Position numbers and translations under genes: made by a program. The notes under the pieces are model-generated. The model saw nothing but the letters and a program-made list of their open reading frames with translations. It was not told the DNA's origin and did no database searches. This document shows positions 63,471 to 64,000 of a stretch of DNA of 64,000 nucleotides, piece by piece; the first letter of the stretch is position 1; each line of letters begins with the position of its first letter. Source of the stretch: a virus (Duplodnaviria; Caudoviricetes); the IMG/VR virus record IMGVR_UViG_3300011335_000709, positions 5,506 to 69,505 of that record; one strand, given 5' to 3'.

Positions 63471-63793
63471 GAATCGAAGTCGAGAAGGATGATGTTAAGT
63501 TCGAATACGACGGCAAGAAGTATTCGGTAACTGGCACAGCCATCCACAATACCGAGAAGGAAGACATCGGTATTGGTTCTTATGAGTTCTGGGGTTCGCG
63601 CGGTTATGACAGCCAGATTGTCAACCAAAGCGAGTTCTCAGAATGTGAGTTCGATAGCTTGGCAATCTATCCAGACGAGGGAATGGAAGAAGTTCCAGAA
63701 CCTTCTAAAGAACTTGTCGAGGCTGCGCAGGAAGCTCTGTATTCCGCGACCTACGAAATCGCGGAAGAACGGGCGGCTGAGATGGCTGACTAA
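63467..63793 (+). CDS. acidic hypothetical protein (108 aa)
   Basis: ATGA overlap; DIGIGSYEFWG motif. Confidence 0.65.
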   Translation: MRIEVEKDDVKFEYDGKKYSVTGTAIHNTEKEDIGIGSYEFWGSRGYDSQIVNQSEFSECEFDSLAIYPDEGMEEVPEPSKELVEAAQEALYSATYEIAEERAAEMAD

Positions 63794-63801
63794 GAAAGGA
63801 G

Positions 63802-63999
63802 GTGTGTATGGCAAAGTTTGAATTAGAAATCGAAAGCAATAACGCGGCGTTCGAGTTTCCAGATCATGAGATATCAAGGATTCTCAAAGACCTGTCTGAA
63901 CAGGTCGCTGAAACTCCTTTGCATGTTTGGAGGAGACACGAATTCCTTATTCGGGATACGAATGGGAACAGAGTAGGCACTGCAAATTGGTCTAGATGA
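63802..63999 (+). CDS. hypothetical protein (65 aa)
   Basis: AGGAGG RBS; ends in ATGA. Confidence 0.65.
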   Translation: MCMAKFELEIESNNAAFEFPDHEISRILKDLSEQVAETPLHVWRRHEFLIRDTNGNRVGTANWSR

Positions 64000-64000
64000 C

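Noticed and set aside
1-64000. tRNA genes, integrase, alternative genetic code, introns/inteins
   Set aside because: No T-loop/cloverleaf or recombinase motifs recognised. Genes terminate with all three stops at tight operon junctions. PolA, TerL and primase have normal lengths.

Overview
The window looks like an essentially complete ~64 kb genome of an uncultured dsDNA tailed phage with podovirus-like organisation; the host is probably diderm, since a lipoprotein spanin-like gene is present. There are three modules. (1) An early region of small + strand genes (56.7-64.0 kb), which appears to continue across the window join into 1-1.5 kb and ends in an HhH-glycosylase-like gene. (2) A long - strand morphogenesis region (41.4 to 1.6 kb): TerL, portal, scaffold, major capsid, decoration proteins, lysis cassette, tail fibres, tail tubular proteins, three ejection proteins (one of 4177 aa with SF2-helicase and HExxH motifs) and a terminal cluster of small basic proteins. 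(3) A + strand replication/accessory region (41.4-56.5 kb): resolvase, helicase, split Cas4-like exonuclease, SSB-like protein, PolA, primase-helicase, SET-domain protein, 3D-domain protein, HtrA-like protease, glycosyltransferase and dCMP deaminase, with a G/C-tract origin-like locus. I recognised no integrase, tRNA, CRISPR array or reverse transcriptase. The most unusual observations are: a shared terminal (P/G)LGK peptide tag on most of a cluster of small basic late proteins (candidate capsid-targeting system); a structured capsid-gene leader with two tandem hairpins showing the same loop (14 of 15 nt identical); a promoter-duplication-flanked HExxH gene cassette; a G-quadruplex/cruciform origin-like locus; and many sigma70-like promoters only 6-13 nt upstream of start codons. 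All functional calls come from motif recognition by eye, with no database searches.
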